Assembly: GCF_044704955.1 (NCBI RefSeq)
Contig: NC_091995.1
Coordinates: 47,430,001-47,494,000 of the forward strand
Source of the DNA: Pristiophorus japonicus
Taxonomy: Eukaryota
DNA length: 64,000 nt
Direction of reading: 5' to 3'
Below, piece after piece: positions 47,931-62,158 of the stretch. Both the position numbers and the translations under genes were made by a program. How positions within the stretch are numbered: position 1 is the first letter of the stretch; each line of letters begins with the position of its first letter. The notes below the pieces were generated by a model. The model worked only from the letters and a program-made list of their open reading frames with translations. It was not told the DNA's origin and did no database searches.

Positions 47931-49732
47931 TGCACAAGCTCCTCAGCTTCTCACCGAATAGCTGTTGGCAGGGCTGTTCCCTCATAATGGCCAGTGTGTG
48001 CAGCATGCAGCAAACTGCCACAGATCTTGATACCCGCTCAGCTGAGTACAATAGGGCTCCTCCAGAATGGTCCAGGCAGCTCAAACCTTGCTCGAGGAAG
48101 CAGATGCTGTGGTCTGTAATATTTTTGTGCCGCCAGCATGGTTCTCATGGCTGGCCATGCTGTGTATATGGGCGTGGGTGCCGGACCGGCGTCATGAACC
48201 ATATCATCAGTGGAATTGCCGTGGTTGGTCGAAAACCGCTGTCACAGAGGACTGCCAGGATAACGAACATTCACTTGCATGAAGCCTGGCTTCTGGTCAC
48301 ACAACAGATACACATTAAGGAAGTGGAATCCATTCTGGTTCATGAAAATTGCCGAGTTGACATGAGGCACACCCAAGGTATGATGTGTGGATTCAATGGC
48401 ACCCTGCGCTAGTGGGAAATCTGCAATCAGTGCAAACCCTTGTGCTCTATCGGCCTGCTGTCGGTGGGAAGAGGGAATGAGCTGAAGCTGCCTGTCTTTG
48501 TATAGAGAGCCTCACTGAACTCCCTTATGCAGCATTGTACTGCAAACTGAGAGAGATTGCTTATATCGACAGGAGCATCCTGGAAGGAGCCAGAATCACA
48601 GTCACCTTGCCAGCCACATGCAATGTGGCCCTTGCCCTGCAAACCATTTTACCAAAATGACGGCTGGAGCATTTCTTGTTGGATGTATATGTGCGCATCT
48701 TGGAAATCATTTTAGAGAGATCGGAGGCCGGAAAGCCCCTAACCATTGGTGGCGAATGACCCCGCTATTGTAGGCTGCTTCTGAGAGCTCGGCAATATTG
48801 GTCAGTCTAAAGTCTGCAGATGATTAGCTTTGCTGATGGAGAACAGCACGGACATCCGAAGATTATTTTATTATCTGCAGGTGTGAATGTAGTCTAGTGT
48901 GTTGTTGCACGCAAAAAGTGTGTCCCACATGCTCCTCCCAAAAGACTAGGTTTTGCACAAGCTGCAAAGTTACCGATCTGTTAACTTCGCTGTAAGTATC
49001 TGAGTTGAATAATTTAGGTTTGGCGGCAGTTAGGCAACAATAACCTGCTCATTGATGTCCAATTGGGGTTCCGCCACGACCGCTTACCTCCAGACCCCTT
49101 TACAGCCTTGGTACAAATATGGACAAAGAGCTGAATCCCAGAGGCGAGTTAAGAGTGACTGTCCTTGACATCAAGGCAGAATTTAAACGTGTGTGGGACC
49201 AAGGAACCCGAGTAAAATGTGAAATTAATGCAAATCAGGGGAAAACAGTCCACCAGTTGTATCTGTTCCTAGGATAGTTTGTTAGAGGCCAATTATCTCA
49301 GCCCCAGGACATCCCTGCAGGAGTTCCTGAGGTCAGTGTCATAGGCCCAACTATCTTCAGCTGCTTCATCAATGGCCTTCCCTTCATTACAACATCATGA
49401 GTGGGATTGTCTGCTGCTGATTGCACAGTGTGCAGAACCATTGCAATTCCTCAGAAAATGATGCAGTCCGTGCCTGAATGCAGCAAGAGCTGGACAACGT
49501 CCATACTTCGGCTACTAATTGGCAAGTAACATACACGCTGCACAAAGCGAGGCAATGACCAACTCCAACAAAAGAGAGACAAACCACCTTCACTTGGCAT
49601 TCAACTGCATTACCATCATCTAATCTCACAGCATCAACTTGCTGAGGTTGAGCACTGACCAGAAACGTAACTGGGCCAGCCTCATAAATACTGTGGCTAT
49701 AATAGTGGGTCAGAGAGTGGGTATTCTGTGGC

Positions 49733-52725
49733 AAACGCAAAATACTGCAGATGCTGGAATCTGAAATAAAAACAGAAACATAGAAACATAGAAACATAGA
49801 GAATAGGTGCAGGAGCAGGCCATTCAGCCCTTCGAGCCTGCACCGCCATTCAATAAGATCATGGCTGATCATTCAACCTCACTACCCCTTTCCTGCTTTC
49901 TCTCCATACCCCTTGATCCCTTTGGCAGCAAGGGCTATATCTAACTCCTTTTGAATATATCTAACGAACTGGGGGTGCTGGAAATCTCAGCGAGTCAGGC
50001 AGCATCTGTGGAAAGAGAAACAGAGTTAACGTTTTAGGTCGATGACTCTTCGTCAGAACTGGCAAATGTTCGAAATGAAGAGATTCTGATGGAGCACTTG
50101 GAGTGGGAGGGGAGGACAGAATAAAGGGAAGGTCTGTGAATAGGCAGAAGACAGTGGAGATTAGTGGGACAAAAGGGGTGATGGGCCGACTTGAGATGGT
50201 AATGGCAGAAGTTAGAAAATGATTAGTTCAGATAGTGTGTGAATGGCGGAATAATTACCAGCTGCCCTGGGAAATGAGAGAAAAAATACATAATTTTGGG
50301 GGAGAGAGTTTAAAAAGGGAGGAAAGGCAGCAAAATGTGAGCAGAGGTTATGTCTGAAATTGTTGAACTCAATTTTGAGTACAGCAGGCTGTAAAGTACC
50401 TAAATGAAAGATGAGGTGTTGTTCCCGAGGTTGCATTGAGCTTCATTGGAACACTGTCGGAGGCTGAGGACAAAGAAGTCAGAGTGGAAGTAGAGCAGGG
50501 AAGTAAAGTGACAGGCGACCGGAAGCTCGGGGTCACATGTACGAACATTTTCTAGTTCAAGGTGAGAGCAGTAAACGGCACCGATACAATCATCAATGTA
50601 CCGGAAAAAGAGGTGAGAGGGGGACAAGAGGAGGACTGGAACAAAGATTGTTCCACATATCCCACGAAAAGGCAGGCATAGCTTGGACCCATGTGCATTC
50701 CCCTGGCAACACCTTTAATTTCGCTGAAGTGAGTGGAGTTAAAGAAGAAGTTGTTCAACGTGAGAACAAGTTCACCAAAGGGGAGGTTGTCGATGGATGG
50801 GGATTGGTTGTGCCTCTACTCGAGGAAGAAGCGGAGCGCCCTCAGGCCATCCTGGTGGGGGATGGAAGAGTAGATGGATTAGAGGTCCATAGCGAAAACG
50901 AGAGAGTTGGAGCCGGGAAATGGAAACTGTTAAAGTGACGGAGGGCGTCGGAGGAACCATAGATGTTGGTGGCAAGAGTGTGGACAAGGGGAGAGAAAAT
51001 AGAGTTGAGATAGGAATAATTAATTTCTGTGGAGGAAGAACAGGCTGAATGGGTCTCTCGGGATAGTCCTGCATGTGCACCTTGGGAAGGTGGTAGCAGC
51101 GGGATTTGCAGGGTTGGGGGCCTATGAGGTTGGTGGCTGTGGAGGGAAGTTCTCCAGAGGAGATGAGGTCAGTGATGGTCTGAGAAATGATGAATTGATG
51201 TTCAGTAGTGGGGTCATGGTCCAGGGCGAGATAGGAGGAGGTGACAGAGAGTTGGTGATCAGCGTCTGCAAGGTAGAGGTCGGTTTGCCAAACAACAACA
51301 GGGCCACCCTTGTCAGCAGGTTCAATGGCAATGTTGGGGTTGGATCTGAGAGAGCGGAGTGCTGCAAGTTCAGTGGGAGGTAGGTTGTAGTGAGTGAGGG
51401 GAGCAGCATAATTGAGATGGCCGATGTCCCATCGGCAGTTTATAATGATGAAGTCTAGAGAGTGTAAGAGACCAGTGGGAGGAGTCCATGCAGAGCGAGA
51501 TTTCTCAAAACTGGAGAAAGGTTCAGCTGTGCGGTGGGGATGAGTCCTGCCTGAAGAAGTGGGAATGGAGGCGAAGGCGGCGGAAATATAGCTCACCATC
51601 CTGCCGCACTCGAACTTCATTGAGGTGCAGGCATAAGCGGATGAAGCTCAGACTTTTGCTGAGGACTGATCGTTCGGGGTCAGAGAGGGGAAGGTCAGAG
51701 AAGATAGGAAAAGCATGGCAGGGGTGAGATTGGAAGAAAGGATAGGATCAGAGGGAAGTGCTGGGGAAGAAGGTTCCAGAGGGGTGTTGGTGTCCAAGAG
51801 TTGTTGAAGTTTACGATCCTTCACAGAAGGAAATGAAGGAAAAAAGTTTTTTGTTAATGTGCTGAATGAGGCGAATGTTGAAATGGAACTGCAGACCAGG
51901 ACAGCTTAGAGATAGTGTGAGTTGGTGCTGCTGAAGAGAGAGGTCGAGAGTGTGCATGTGTCGGGACATAGCATTGAATGTGGATCCCAGGATGCAGCGG
52001 AAGCAGTGGTTGAAGGAACGCTGAATATCTCAGAGTTTTCTGTAATCCTGGTTGGATCCAAAACATGAAGGGTGGAATTTCAGTTGGAATCCACATAAAT
52101 TAAGTCGGAGACGAAGACAGTTACTGAGGAACGAGATATGGCTGTGAAAGCGGGCTTTGGTAGATTCTTGATCAAACAAGAGAAGGGAAACAGAAAGCAA
52201 CGATTAACAAGGTAAAAGAGATAAACGGAAATCCCATCAGAGGGAAGATCAGACATTCTTCAGGTGGGCATTCCGAGAAGAGAAGTGGCAGTGCATAAAA
52301 CACTAATACAAAAGCAAAATAATGTGGAGGCTGGAATCTGAAATAAGAACAGATAATGCTGAAAATCTCAGTGGGTCAGGCAACATCTGTGCAGAGAGAA
52401 ACAGAGTTAACGTTTCAAGTCGATGACCCTTCGTCAGAACTGATGATTATTCTAAATGAACAGATTCTTAAGGAGCACTAAAAGGGAGAGGGATGGAATG
52501 AACAAAAGGGAAGGTCTGTGATAGGGTGGAAGACAGGAAAATTTTGAGAGACAAAAGGGATGTTGGCCGACTTGAAATGTTAATGGAATAAGTTTGAAAA
52601 ATATTAGTCCAGATAGGGTGTGAATGAAGGAATAATTACCAGCAGCCATGGGAAACAGAGGGAAAAATACATCAGATCTGTGGGGACGGGGGAGGGGGGT
52701 TAAAAAAAGGGACAAATGGTTTTCA
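49733..52725 (-). mobile_element. Penelope-like element (RT remnant) with terminal repeats; short CR1 tail inserted at about 49776-49970
   Basis: IEPADKGGPVVVW, KGVARGMHMGPSYACLFVGYVE, FFRYIDDCIG; about 400-bp repeats near 49975-50360 and 52310-52720. Confidence 0.85.
52405..52441 (-). ncRNA. Minimal type I hammerhead ribozyme motif
   Basis: AGTT-CTGACGA-AGG(gtcatcga)CTT-GAAA-CG-TT-AACT: intact core, 4-bp stem I, palindromic ACGU stem III. Confidence 0.65.
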
Positions 52726-54960
52726 GTGGCGATTGACTCACCTCCTGACTCACCAGAGTCTTTACAACAACGACAAGACACAACTCAAGAGTGTGATGGA
52801 ATAATCTCCACTTGCCTAGATGCGTGCAGATCCAGCACTCAAAAAGCTCTAAATTATCCAAAAGAAACATTATGCTTGATCAGCACACCATTCACCACCT
52901 TAAAAACGCATTGCCTCCACCAATGGCACAAAGTGGCTTCAGTGTGTACCATCGACAAGATACTCCACAGAAACTACTAAAGCCTTCTTCGGCAGTACCT
53001 CCCAAACACATGATCCCTATCAACTAGAAGGACAAGGGCAGCAGGCGTAAGGGAACACCACCATTTCCAAGTTCCTCTTCAAGTCACACAGTATCCCGAC
53101 TTGGAAATATATAGCCGTCACTTCATCGTCGCGGATTCAAATTCCTGAAACTCCCGACCTAACAGCAGTGTGGAAGTATCTTTACCGCAAGGATTGCAGC
53201 CAGCCACTGTCTCAAGGGTAATTGTGATAGGCAATAAAAGTTTGCCTTCGCTGCGACGCTCACATCCCCTGACTGAATAGATAAAAAGTCACAATTATGT
53301 GCTCGGTGATATTCAATAATTAAACATTTTAAAACTGATTACCATGTGTGACTTGCTTCAAAGGCTTAGGATCATCACTGCTATCGACGTCATGACATTC
53401 CCTTAGAGATACAGCCACGTGAATTCATCCCTGGCTGCGAGATGTATCTCTGGAAAATTAAACGTTACATCGCATAAAAAGTGCGTATTATATCATAGAA
53501 TCTTGGAACATGACCATCTGAATACACAGCAATATGTCTATCTGAATCCGCACCAACATGCATCAAAATATCTTTCCAAACTTTCTTTGTTCACAGGCGA
53601 TCAGCTCACTGAGGCATACAACTCAAGAGTTGATATTCTCTGCTTCTGTTTTGGCCCCATTACTTCTGCTAATTTGAGTGTGTGCAGGATCAGTAATTAC
53701 CACCAATTTTGGAAACGAACACTAAAGATCACGTGTGATGCCCACCAACTTTATATGATTATATGAGAAACGAAAAGTAACGGTCGGCAGTTGAATTCAC
53801 AGGCTAAATCTAATGGTTAGAATTTAATATCTGTGGATATATATCACAATATATCGACAGGGTAACTCACAACAGGATGCCGTATAATGTACTTTAATTC
53901 CAACAGTTATTTACTCTACTGGGGCAATCTACCCTGCAATGGGAGAATTTATTATACAGTTTTATAAGCCACAGCGATTTTGGAATGAAAAAAAAATCTT
54001 CCACAGCCTTTACCCAGGCTGGATAATGAACATTTCTACTCAACCCATGGGGGTAGAAATTCCAATGTCCCAGGCCCATACAAAGTTTCTACGGACCTGG
54101 GAAGGCATCAGGAAACCTGTTTTCAGCGCGCAATGCGCATCAGATGAAAACGGGCTTTTCTGATCTGTCAAGTTCGACATGTCGGGAGCGAGGACATTTC
54201 TTGTGCAAGATTGCAGGATTTACCCAAAAAATGTCCTCAAAAATCTTGCGCTTGATAAAAGCAGGTGCAGAGCCAGCTTTTACAGGCGCATGTGATTTAA
54301 AACATACAAAAACATGACAAAATTGAATGATAAACACATATTTTATTGTTGAAAACCCTCTCCATTATGGTAAGTTTATTCTTAACCATAATTTAAAAAA
54401 CTTTTTTAAAAATCGGGAAAATATTTTATTTTTATAAGACATACTATGGTAGAAATTCCGACATCCCCAGGCCAGTACGAAGTTTCTACAGACCCAGGAA
54501 GGCATCGGAAAAGTCGGTTATCAGTGCACAACGCGCATGTGCTGAAAACCGGCTTTTCTGATCTGTCAAGGTGGAGCTTGACATAACGTAGCCAGCTCGG
54601 GAGTGAAGACATTTGTATGTGCAAGTTTGCGATATTTACAAATATCTTGCCCAGCAAATGTCTTCAAAAATCTAGCGTCTGAAAAAGCAGGCACATCACC
54701 TTCTTTTACGGGCACAAGTGTTTTAAAACACACAAACATAATAAAAATAACATTATGAAAACATATTTTATTGTTAAGAAACCCTCCACACAACGGTAAG
54801 TTTATTTTAAGGCATAATTAAAAAAACGTTTTTAAAAATCGGGGAACATTTTTTTTATAAGACTTTAATAACTTTAATTTAAATGAATCTTAAATATGTA
54901 GTGTATATTTTCTATTTTTTATTCGTGCTTTGGATGTTTGGGAGGGTTTCTCACTCATTT

Positions 54961-57842
54961 CTCGGTCACGTGATATGCTCCTCCTGTACCATGTAGGAAC
55001 TCAGGGACACTACCGGTGTCCCTGACGACTACTTGTGTGGGAACTGTATCCGCCTCCAGCTCCTGACGGTCCGCGTTGCGGAATTGGAGCTGAGGGTGGA
55101 TTCACTCTGGAGCATCCACGATGCTGAGAATGACGTGAGCAGCACGTGTAACGAGTTGGTCTTACCGCAGGTGAAGGGTCCACAGCCAGCTCGGGAATGG
55201 AAGACCAGCAGGAAGAGCAGTGCAAGGAAGGTAGTGCAGGGGTCCCCTGCGGTCATCCCCCTGCAAAACAGATACACCGTTTTGAGTACTGTTGAGGGGG
55301 ATGACTCATCAGGGGAGAGTAGCAGCAGCCAAGGTCAAGGCACCGTGGCTGGCTCTGCTGCACAGGAGGGCAGGAAAAAGAGTGGGAGAGCGATAGTGAT
55401 AGGGGATTCAATTGTAAGAGGAATAGATAGGTGTTTCTGCGGCCGCAACCGAGACTCCAGGATGGTATGTTGCCTCCCTGGTGCAAGGGTCAAGGATGTC
55501 TCAGAGCGGATGCAGGACATTCTGAAAAGGGAGGGTGAACAGCCAGTTGTCATGGTGCACATTGGTACCAACGATATAGGTAAAAAAAAAGGGATGAGGT
55601 TCTATGAGATGAATTTAAGGAGCTAGAAGCTAAATTTAAACTTAGGACCTCAAAAGTAGTAATCTCGGGATTGCTACCAGTGCCACGTGCTAGTCAGAGT
55701 AGGAATCACAGGATAGTTCAGATGAATACGTGGCTTGAGCAGTGGTGCAGCAGGGAGGGATTCAAATTCCTGGGGCATTGGAACCGGTTCTGGGGGAGGT
55801 GGGACCAGTACAAACCGGACGGTCTGCACCTGGGCAGGACCGGAACCAATGTCCTAGGGGGAGTGTTTGCTAGTGCTGTTGGGGAGGAGTTAAACTAATA
55901 TGGCAGGGGGATGGGAACCAATGCAGGGAGACAGAGGGAAACAAAAAGGAGACAAAAGCAAAAGACAGAAAGGAGATGAGTAGACTGGAGGGCAGAGAAA
56001 CCCAAGGCAAAAAACAAAAAGGGCCACTGTACAGCAAAATTCTAGAGGGTCAAATTGTAATAAAAAGCCAAGCATGAAAGCTCGGTGCCTCAATGCAAGG
56101 AGTATTCGGAACATGGGAGACAGCTCTGAGCTAGTTAGAATGGGTGAGAGCTCAGATGAACAGGATCCCAAGAAAGAATGCAAAAGGCAGGAGGCAACAG
56201 AGCAGAGTAGCACTGGGGTTAGTGTAAACCAGAAGGTGACAGGAAGAGACAATATGTATGAATATAAAGGAGCTGCAGGAGGGAACAAAACTAAAAACCA
56301 TGGTTTAAAAACTAGTATTAAAACAGTCTACCTAAATGCATGCAGCATTTGAAATAAAGTAAATGAGTTGATGGCACAAATCCTTACAAATGGGTATGAT
56401 TTGGTGGCCATTACAGAAACGTGGTTGCAGGGTGGCCAAGACTGGGAATTAAGCATACAGGGGTATCTGACAATTTTGGTAAGATAGACAAGAAGGGAAA
56501 GGAGGCGGGGTAGCTCTGTTAATAAAGGAAGATATCAGGGCAGTTGTGAGAGATGATATTGGCTCTAATGAACAAAATGTTGAATCATTGTGGGTGGAAA
56601 TGAGAGATAGTAAAGGGAGAAAGTCACTGGTGGGTGTAGTTAATAGGCCCCCCAAATAATAACTTCATGGTGGGGCGGACAATAATCAAGGGAATAATGG
56701 AGGCATGTGAAAAAGGAACGGCAGTAATCATGGGGGATTTTAACCTACATATCGATTGGTCAAATCAAATTGCACGGGGTAGCCTGGAGGAGGAATTCAT
56801 AGAATGCATACGGGATTGTTTCTTAGAACAGTATGTTACAGAACCTACAAGGGAGCAAGCTATCTTAGATCTGGTCCTGTATAATGAGACAGGAATAATA
56901 AACGATCTCAGAGTAAAAAATCCTCTCGGAATGAGTGATCACAGTATGGTTGAATTTGTAATACAGATTGAGGGTGAGGAAGTCGTGTCTCAAACGAGCA
57001 TACTATGTTTAAACAAAGGGGACTACAGTGGGATGAGGGCAGAGTTGGCTAAAGTAGACTGGAAACACAGACTAAACGGTGGCACAATTGAGGAACAGTG
57101 GAGGACTTTTAAGCAGCTCTTTCATCGTGCTCAACAAAAATATATTCCAGTGAAAAAGAAGGGCGGTAAGAGAAGGGATAAGCAGCCGTGGATAACCAAG
57201 GAAATAAAGGACAGTATCAAATTAAAAACCAATGCGTATAAGGTGGCCAAGGTTATTGGAAAACTAGAAGATTGGGAAAATTTTAAAGGACAGCAAAGAA
57301 TGACTAAGAAAGCAATAAAGAAAGGAAAGTTAGATTACGAAAGTAAACTTGCGCAAAACATAAAAACAGATAGTAAAAGCTTTTACAGATATATAAAACG
57401 GAAAAGAGTGACTGAAGTAAATGTTGGTCCCTTAGAAGATGAGAAGGGGGATTTAATAATGGGAAATGTGGAAATGGCTGAGACCTTAAACAATTATTTT
57501 GCTTCGGTCTTCACAGTGGAAGACACAAAAACCATGCCAAAAATTGCTGGTCATAGGAATGTGGAAGGGAGGACCTCGAGACAATCACTATCACTAGGGG
57601 GGTAGTGCTGGACAGGCTAATGGGACTCAAGGTAGACAAGTCCCCAAGTCCTGATGAAATGCATTCCAGGGTATTAAAAGAGATGGCGGAAGTTATAGCA
57701 GATGCATTCGTTATAATCTACCAAAATTCTCTGGACTCTGGGGAGGTACCAGCGGATTGGAAAGCAGCTAATGTAACGCCTGTTTAAAAAAGGGGGCAGA
57801 CAAAAGGCAGGTAACTATAGGCCAGTAAGTTTAACATCTGTA
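54961..57842 (+). mobile_element. CR1 LINE, 5' part (ORF1 esterase, APE), chimeric
   Basis: ORF1 AIVIGDSIVRG...VHIGTND...DGLHL (SGNH esterase); APE AITETWL, MGDFN, SDHSMVEF; stops at NYRPVSLTS. Confidence 0.9.
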
Positions 57843-60800
57843 AACATAGAAACATAGAAAATAGGTGCAGGAGTAGGCCATTCAGCCCTTCTAGCCCGCA
57901 CTGCCATTCAATGAGTTCATGGCTGAACATGCAACTTCAGTACCCCATTCCTGCTTTCTCGCCATACCCCTTGATCCTCCGAGTAGTAAGGACATCATCT
58001 AACTCCTTTTTGAATATATTTAGTGAATTTGCCTCAACAACTTTCTGTGGTAGAGAATGCCACAGGTTCACAACTCTCGGGGTGAAGAAGTTTCTCCTCA
58101 TCTCGGTCCTAAATGGCTTACCCCTTATCCTTACACTGTGACCCCTGGTTCTGGACTTCCCCAATATTGGGAACATTCTTCGTGCATCTAGCCTGTCGAA
58201 ACCCGTCAGAATTTTAAACGTTTCTATGAGGTCCCCTCTCATTCTTCTGAACTCCAGCGAATACAAGCTCAGTTGTTCCAGTCTTTCTTGATAGGTCAGT
58301 CCCGCCATCCCGGGAATCGCTGCTCTCCCTCAATAGCAAGAATGTCCTTCCTCAAGTTAGGAGACCAAAACTGTACACAATACTCCAGGTGTGGCCTCAC
58401 CAAGGCCCTGTACAACTGTAGTAACACCTCCCTGCCCCTGTAATCAAATCCCCTCACTATGAAGGCCAACATGCCATTTGCTTTCTTAACCGACTGCTGT
58501 ACCTGCATGCCAACCTTCAAGGACTGATGCACCATGACACCCAGGTCTCGTTGCACCTCCACTTTTCCTAATCTGTCACCATTCAGATAATAGTCTGTCT
58601 CTCTGTTTTTACCACCAAAGTGGATAACCTCACATTTATCCACATTATACTTCATCTGCCATGCATTTGCCCACTCACCTAACCTATCCAAGTCACTCTG
58701 CAGCTTCATAGCATCCTCCTCGCGGCTCACACTCCCACCCAACTTAGTGTCATCCACAAATTTGGAGATACTACATTTAATCCCCTCGTCTAAATCATTA
58801 ATATACAGTGTAAACAGCTGGGGCCCCAGCACAGAACCTTGCAGTACCCCACTAGTCACTGCCTGCCATTCTGAAAAGTACCCATTTACTCCTACTCTTT
58901 GCTTCCTGTCTGACAACCATGTCAGCACACTACCCCCAATCCCATGTGCTTTAACTTTGCACATTAATCTCTTGTGTGGGACCTTGTCGAGAGCCTTCTG
59001 AAAGTCCAAATACACCACATCAACTGGTTCTCCCTTGTCCACTGTGCTGGAAACATCCTCAAAAAATTCCAGAAGATTTGTCAAGCATGATTTGCCTTTC
59101 AAAAATCCATGCTGACTTGGACCTAACATGTCACCTCTTTCCAAATGCGCCTTTGACATCCTTAATAATTGATTCCATCATTTTACCCACTACTGAGGTC
59201 AGGCTGACCGGTCTATAATTCCCTGTTTTCTCTCTCCCTCCTTTTTTAAAAAGTGGGGTTACATTGGCTACCCTCCACTCGATACAAACTGATCCAGAGT
59301 CTATGGAATGTTGGAAAATGACTGTCAATGCATCCGCTATTTCCAAGGCCACCTCCTTAAGTACTCTGGGATGCAGTTCATCAGGCCCTGGGGATTTATC
59401 GGCCTTCAATCCCATCAATTTCCCCAACACAATTTCCCGACTAATAAGGATTTTCCTCAGTTCCTCCTTCTTACTAGACCCTCTGCCCCTTTTATATCCG
59501 GAAGGTTGTTTGTGTCTTCCTTAGTTAATACCGACCCAAAGTATTTGTTCAATTGGTCTGCCATTTCTTTGTTCCCTGTTATGACTTCCCCTGATTCTGA
59601 CTGCAGGGGACCTACATTTGTCTTTACTAACTTTTTTCTCTTTACATATCTATAGAAACTTTTGCAGTCCGTCTTAATGTTCCCTGCAAGCCTCTTCTCG
59701 TACTCCATTTTCGCTGCCCTAATCAAACCATTTGTCCTCCTCTGCTGAGTTCTAAATTTCTCCCAGTCCCCAGGTTCACTGCTATTTCTGGCCAATTTGT
59801 ATGCCACTTCCTTGGCTTTAATACTATCCCTGATTTCCCTTGATAGCCACGGTTGAGCCCCCTTCCCTTTTTTATTTGTACGCCAGACAGGAATGTACAA
59901 TTGTTGTAGTTCATCCATGCGGTCTCTAAATGTCTGCCATTGCCCATCCACAGTCAACCCCTTAAGTATCATTCGCCAATCTATCCTAGCCAATTCACGC
60001 CTCATACCTTCAAAGTTACCCTTCTTTAAGTTCTGGACCATGGTCTCTGAATTAACTGTTTCATTCTCCATCCTAATGTAGAATTCCACCATATTATGGT
60101 CACTCTTCCCCAAGGGGCCTCGCACAATGAAATTGCTAATTAATCCTCTCTCATTACACAACACCCAGTCTAAGATGGCCTCCCCCCTAATTGGTTCCTC
60201 GACATATTGGTCTAGAAAACCATCCCTTATGCACTCCAGGAAATCCTCCTCCACCGTATTGCTTCCAGTTTGGTTCGCCCAATCTATATGCATTTTAAAG
60301 TCACCCATTATAACTGCTGCACCTTTATTGCATACACCCATAATTTCCTGTTTGATGCCCTCCCCAACATCACTACTACTGTTTGGAGGTCTGTACACAA
60401 CTCCCACTAATGTTTTTTGCCCTTTGGTGTTCTGCAGCTCTACCCATATAGATTCCACATCATCCAAGCTAATGTCCTTCCTAACTATTGCATTAATCTC
60501 CTCTTTAACCAGCAATGCGACCCACCTCCTATTCCTTTTATTCTATCCTTCCTGAATGTTGAATACCCATGGATGTTGAATTCCCAACCCTGATCATCCT
60601 GGAGCCACGTCTCTGTAATCCCAATCACATCATATCTGTTAACATCTATTTGCACAGTTAATTCATCCACCTTATTATGGATACTCCTTGCATTAAGACA
60701 CAAAGCCTTCAGGCTTGTTTTTTTAACATCCTTTGTCTTTTTAGAATTTTGCTGTACAGTGGCCCTTTTTGTTTTTTGCCTTGGGTTTCTCTGCCCTCCA

Positions 60801-62158
60801 CTTTTACTCATCTCCTTTCTGTCTTTTGCTTTTGTCTCCTTTTGATTTCCCTCTGTCTCCCTGCATTGGTTCCCATCCCCCTGCCATATTAGTTTAACTC
60901 CTCCCCAACAGCACGAGCAAACACTCCCCCTAGGGCATTGGTTACGATCCTGCCCAGGTGCAGACCGTCCGGTTTGTACTGGTCCCATCTCCCCCAGAAC
61001 CGGTTCCAATGCCCCAGGAATTTGAATCCCTCCCTGCTGCACCACTGCTCATGCCACGTATTCATCTGCGCTATCCTGTGATTTCTACTCGGACTAGCAC
61101 GTGGCACTGGTAGCAATCCCGAGATTACTACTTTTGAGGTCCTACTTTTTAATTTAGCGCCTAGCTCCTTAAATTCGTCTCGTAGGACCTCATCCCTTTT
61201 TTTTAGCTATGTCGTTGGTACCAATGTGTACCACGACAACTGGCTGTTCTCCCTCCCTTTTTAGAATGTCCTGCACCCGCTCCGAGTCATCCTTGACCCT
61301 TGCACCAGGGAGGCAACATACCATCCTCGAGTCTCGGTTGCGGCCGCAGAATCGCCTATCTATTCCCCTTACAATTGAATCCCCTATCACTATCGCTCTC
61401 CCACTCTTTTTTCTGTCCTCCTGTGCAACAGAGCCACCCACAATGCCATGACCTTGGCTGCTGCTGCCCTCCCCTGGTGAGTCATCCCCCTCAACAGTAC
61501 TCAAAGCAGTGTATCTGTTTTGCAGGGGGATGACCGCAGGGGACCCCTGCACGACCTTCTTTGCACTGCTCTTCCTGCTGGTCTTCCATTCCCGAGCTGG
61601 CTGTGGACCCTTCACCTGTGGTAAGACCAACTCGCTACACGTGCTACTCACGTCATTTTCAGCATCATGGATGCTCCAGAGTGAATCTACCCTCAGCTCC
61701 ATTTCCATAACGCGGTCCGTCAGGAGCTGGAGGCGGATACACTTCCCGCACACGTAGTCGTCAGGGACACCGGAAGTGTCCCTGAGTTCCCACATGGTAC
61801 AGGAGGAGCATATCACGTGACCAAGCTCTCCTGCCATGATTAAACCCTTAGATTAACTTAAATTAACTTAAATTGGTGACAACACTGTTAACAGGTTACT
61901 TACTGAAATAAAAAAGAAAAAGAAAAACTACTTACCGATACCAGCCAATCACTTACCCCTTTGGTTGTGACGTCACCTTTCAATTTCTTTATACTTCTTA
62001 TTGTCTCCCCGCTGCAGCTGCACAAGCACACCTTTTGTAGGCCGCAGCCGCTCCGTCCCCGGAACTCCCGCCTCTCCTCGACTCTCCGACTCTGCTCGCA
62101 CTCTGGGCCTTTTGTAGGTCGCTGCCGCTCCGACCCCGAAACTCCCGCCTCTCTCGAC
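57843..62158 (-). mobile_element. Essentially full-length CR1 LINE (4.3 kb; 5'UTR, ORF1, ORF2, tail), frameshifted
   Basis: ORF1 61190-61837 CSSCTMW...CGKC plus GDS esterase; ORF2 APE-RT in 60485-61045, 59457-60515, 58296-59159; tail (ttctatgt)n; TSD tctgta at 57837-57842 and 62159-62164. Confidence 0.93.

Larger units (their letters stand above)
46100..49010. mobile_element. PIF/Harbinger remnant: HARBI1-like transposase (minus, about 47940-48760) and Myb-protein C-terminal fragment (plus, about 46200-46700)
   Basis: Minus strand: GSFQDAPVDISNLSQFAVQCCIREFSEALY, GAIESTH, NQNGFHFLNV, MQVNVRYPGS, VAVCCMLHTLAI; plus strand: ESLSESLRSMSRSMKES. Confidence 0.8.
49030..53286 (+). mobile_element. 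Old CR1/L2-group LINE in two parts (49030-49732 and 52726-53286), split by a Penelope-like element
   Basis: LDIKAEF*/GVP*GSVIGPTIFSCFI-type RT motifs; sequence resumes gtggc gattgactcacctcctgact after the insertion; tail caataaa...cacatccc. Confidence 0.7.

Noticed and set aside
46998-48412. Extensin-like proline-rich ORFs of 279-450 aa
   Set aside because: They arise from the (CCT)n minisatellite and run antisense into a Harbinger transposase remnant
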